A stretch of 63,558 bases of DNA, counting the filler, from Globobulimina sp. (lineage: Eukaryota): assembly GCA_003354225.1 (NCBI GenBank). It is 30 parts of 30 records of this genome, joined end to end, with 100 filler letters (N's around TTAATTAATTAA, not from the genome) between each part and the next. Parts side by side here need not be neighbours in the genome. Positions count along the whole stretch, not along the records: positions 61,539 to 63,558 come from PIVH01009689.1; 29 more parts are not named here. The stretch is one strand, 5' to 3'. The number at the start of each line of letters is the position of its first letter. The stretch's first letter is position 1. Below the pieces are notes generated by a model that did not search any database, was not told the DNA's origin, and saw only the letters and a list, made by a program, of their open reading frames with translations. A program made the position numbers and the translations under genes. Positions 61,539 to 63,558 of this stretch are shown here, one piece after another.

Positions 61539-62149
61539 CCTTTTGGATTGGCATTAAATTCTTTGACACAATTTATAAAGCCCTCATCCTCTTGATATTT
61601 ATCTATAAAATCATCACATAAATTTCTTGCTTTTTCAATGGTTAAATGCAACGGTTGTATGACTTCGCCGCGAATCAATCCAATATCTTTTGGCCGAATG
61701 CTATTCATGAGATCATCATAAAATGTTATACTCAAATAAGCCGAGGCATTCTCCGGATTAGCATTATATGAATCGATGGAGGTAAAAAATATATGTTTAT
61801 GTTGGTACTGTGATAATAATACATAATATTTATTGGTTGATTCATAGTGTATTGGCCATATAAACAGTGGGCATTCTTCAAATCTTGAGATTAATATTTC
61901 AAAGTCATTCTTATTTTTTATTCTGGAAATATATCGCGGATCAAATCTATACTGATCTAACCAAATCTGTTCAATCCTTTGTTCTGTTTCTTGTTCAAAT
62001 AATTCTAATTTCACAAGGTCTCTTAATTCGGGCGGTGCTGGTAATCCAATACCATACGCACTGCGGTATGCATGATAGAAAAAATCGCTCTTCTTTGCAC
62101 ACTTTACACATTTGATACCGTTTATAGCTGTCCGAGACAAAAAAGACAT
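61539..62149 (-). CDS. ATP11: Mitochondrial F1-ATPase assembly factor Atp11-like, 3' truncated
   Basis: Basic presequence, LRDLVKLELF..IEQIW, CPLFIWPI, FTSIDSY..NPENA.AYL.ITFYDDL and IGLIRGEV. Confidence 0.85.
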
Positions 62150-62465
62150 GTTGAAGTTGTGTGATGTTTTTGAAGCAAAAACTAAATGAAAGATTTGAAT
62201 GTAACAACAAACAAAAGAAAAGTAAATAATAATAATAATATGAACGAAATGCCTGGAACATACACACCAACTTCGCCATATCCACATTGCAAAACATAAC
62301 GATTAATAAGTTGTTAATTAATGAAGAGAGGAGAAAAAAAAACTTAAAAAAAAAACCTTTTTCTTATAATAAAAAAAAACAATATTCCAACGGGTTGTAT
62401 CCTTGCACTCAATAAAAGGTAGAAAAATTGGGCGGTGGACCTTGCACGCGAGTACTACCCGTTTG

Positions 62466-63558
62466 TCATAATTCAATTTCAGAAACATGTTGACCTAACT
62501 CTACGACTACAACATTCTGCTTATCATTTACTTCCACCTTATCCACCAATCCTTGTTTTTCTGTGCTTCCATTATTTCCATTTGACTCTGGATCCGTATC
62601 AGTTGATCTATCAAACCCTTCTTCCACAATTCCATTGTCATTCATGTGAGATACACTCGCTCCGCCACCCCCAACCTCTCCCACTTGTTTATACACAATT
62701 TTATCACCGAATGTTAGCATAGCAACGCCAATGAATGACACAGCAACAGACACAGTGAACAATGCAATGTTTAAAACTGTCATCGATCCGAATTCTTCGA
62801 AAAAAACTGCCGCAAACAATATAACTCCGACAATAAAAAATAGCGTATATATAGAACCTACAAAATTGCCTGGATATTCTTTAAGTGCTTCTTCTCTCCA
62901 ATATTCGGAGGTTATTTTGCTGAAATTATTGTCATAGATATCCAAATAAAGTGATCATTGCACACACGTTTCAGTACAAAAACGTTTGAATGTGGTCACA
63001 TTAATTTCGCTCCCTTTATTTGGATATCATTGATTATATACCGAATGCAAATGGTTTGTAATTTGCAATCGGTATATTGCAAATATTAAAATTAATTCCT
63101 AGTGCAAACAAACTAATTAATGTACAAATAACATATAAAATTACCTGAAGCATATTAATAAAAACATGACATAGGAGGCCCAATGTTTTACGTTCTCTTC
63201 GTGAATGTCATATGACTGCGCCGATGCGGTTACAATTTCAATGAAACATTTCATAAATAAAATATTCCACGAACCAAAAAACGCAGACATAAAAATTAAA
63301 GATAGCAATCTGAATATTCCATGCGGTGTAACAACAAATTTAAATAATATAAAATCCACAACAGCGACAACAATAATGATAACAGTAAATATTAGAAATT
63401 CTGTAGCTTGAAATAAGTGTTGTATATCAGCAGCAGTATAGGATATATCATAGGATTTAGGACCAAATACGACGCCAAAGGCACAGCCTATGATAATTAT
63501 CACTGTGCCGATAATTTGCGTTGTATTTAATCTTTCTTTTAAAAATTGCCATGAAAAT
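62466..63558 (-). CDS. NIPA-family Mg2+ transporter-like protein (5' truncated)
   Basis: FLKERL..IIGT.IIIIG..FGP and AAVFFEEF. A single 225-nt intron at 62920-63144 restores the frame. Confidence 0.8.

Noticed and set aside
1-63558. Alternative genetic code (ciliate-like stop reassignment)
   Set aside because: TAA, TAG and TGA all end recognisable genes, and most internal breaks are explained by GT-AG introns.
1-63558. tRNA, rRNA, CRISPR arrays, transposase or reverse transcriptase genes
   Set aside because: None recognised by eye. A covariance-model or HMM scan would be needed to exclude them.

Overview
This is not one locus. It is 30 unrelated ~2 kb contigs (2024 down to 2020 bp, sorted by length) joined by 29 artificial 100-nt linkers (44 N + TTAATTAATTAA + 44 N), so adjacency across a linker means nothing. 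About 28 contigs are AT-rich, gene-dense microbial eukaryote DNA with the standard code and short GT-AG introns (mostly 50-80 nt). The gene families look foraminiferan/Rhizarian; this is an inference that the RPB2 fragment can test. One contig (27601-29622) is bacterial, Bacteroidota-like. One (44574-46594) is of unclear origin. The strongest signal is a set of hairpin-shaped spliceosomal introns. One of them (24270-24358) has terminal inverted repeats and a 5-bp target-site-like duplication and splices out in frame, making it a candidate introner (intron-generating transposon). A free MITE with perfect 27-bp TIRs sits at 51275-51417. Also notable: tandem PBCV-type basic adaptor repeats beside an intron-bearing host gene; a PH-like/dead alpha-carbonic anhydrase fusion; a Rho GTPase carrying a helical module shared with two unrelated proteins; a tandem active/inactive permuted papain-like protein; and an orphan ORF between ~230-bp direct repeats. 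All domain calls are by-eye motif recognition and no searches were run.
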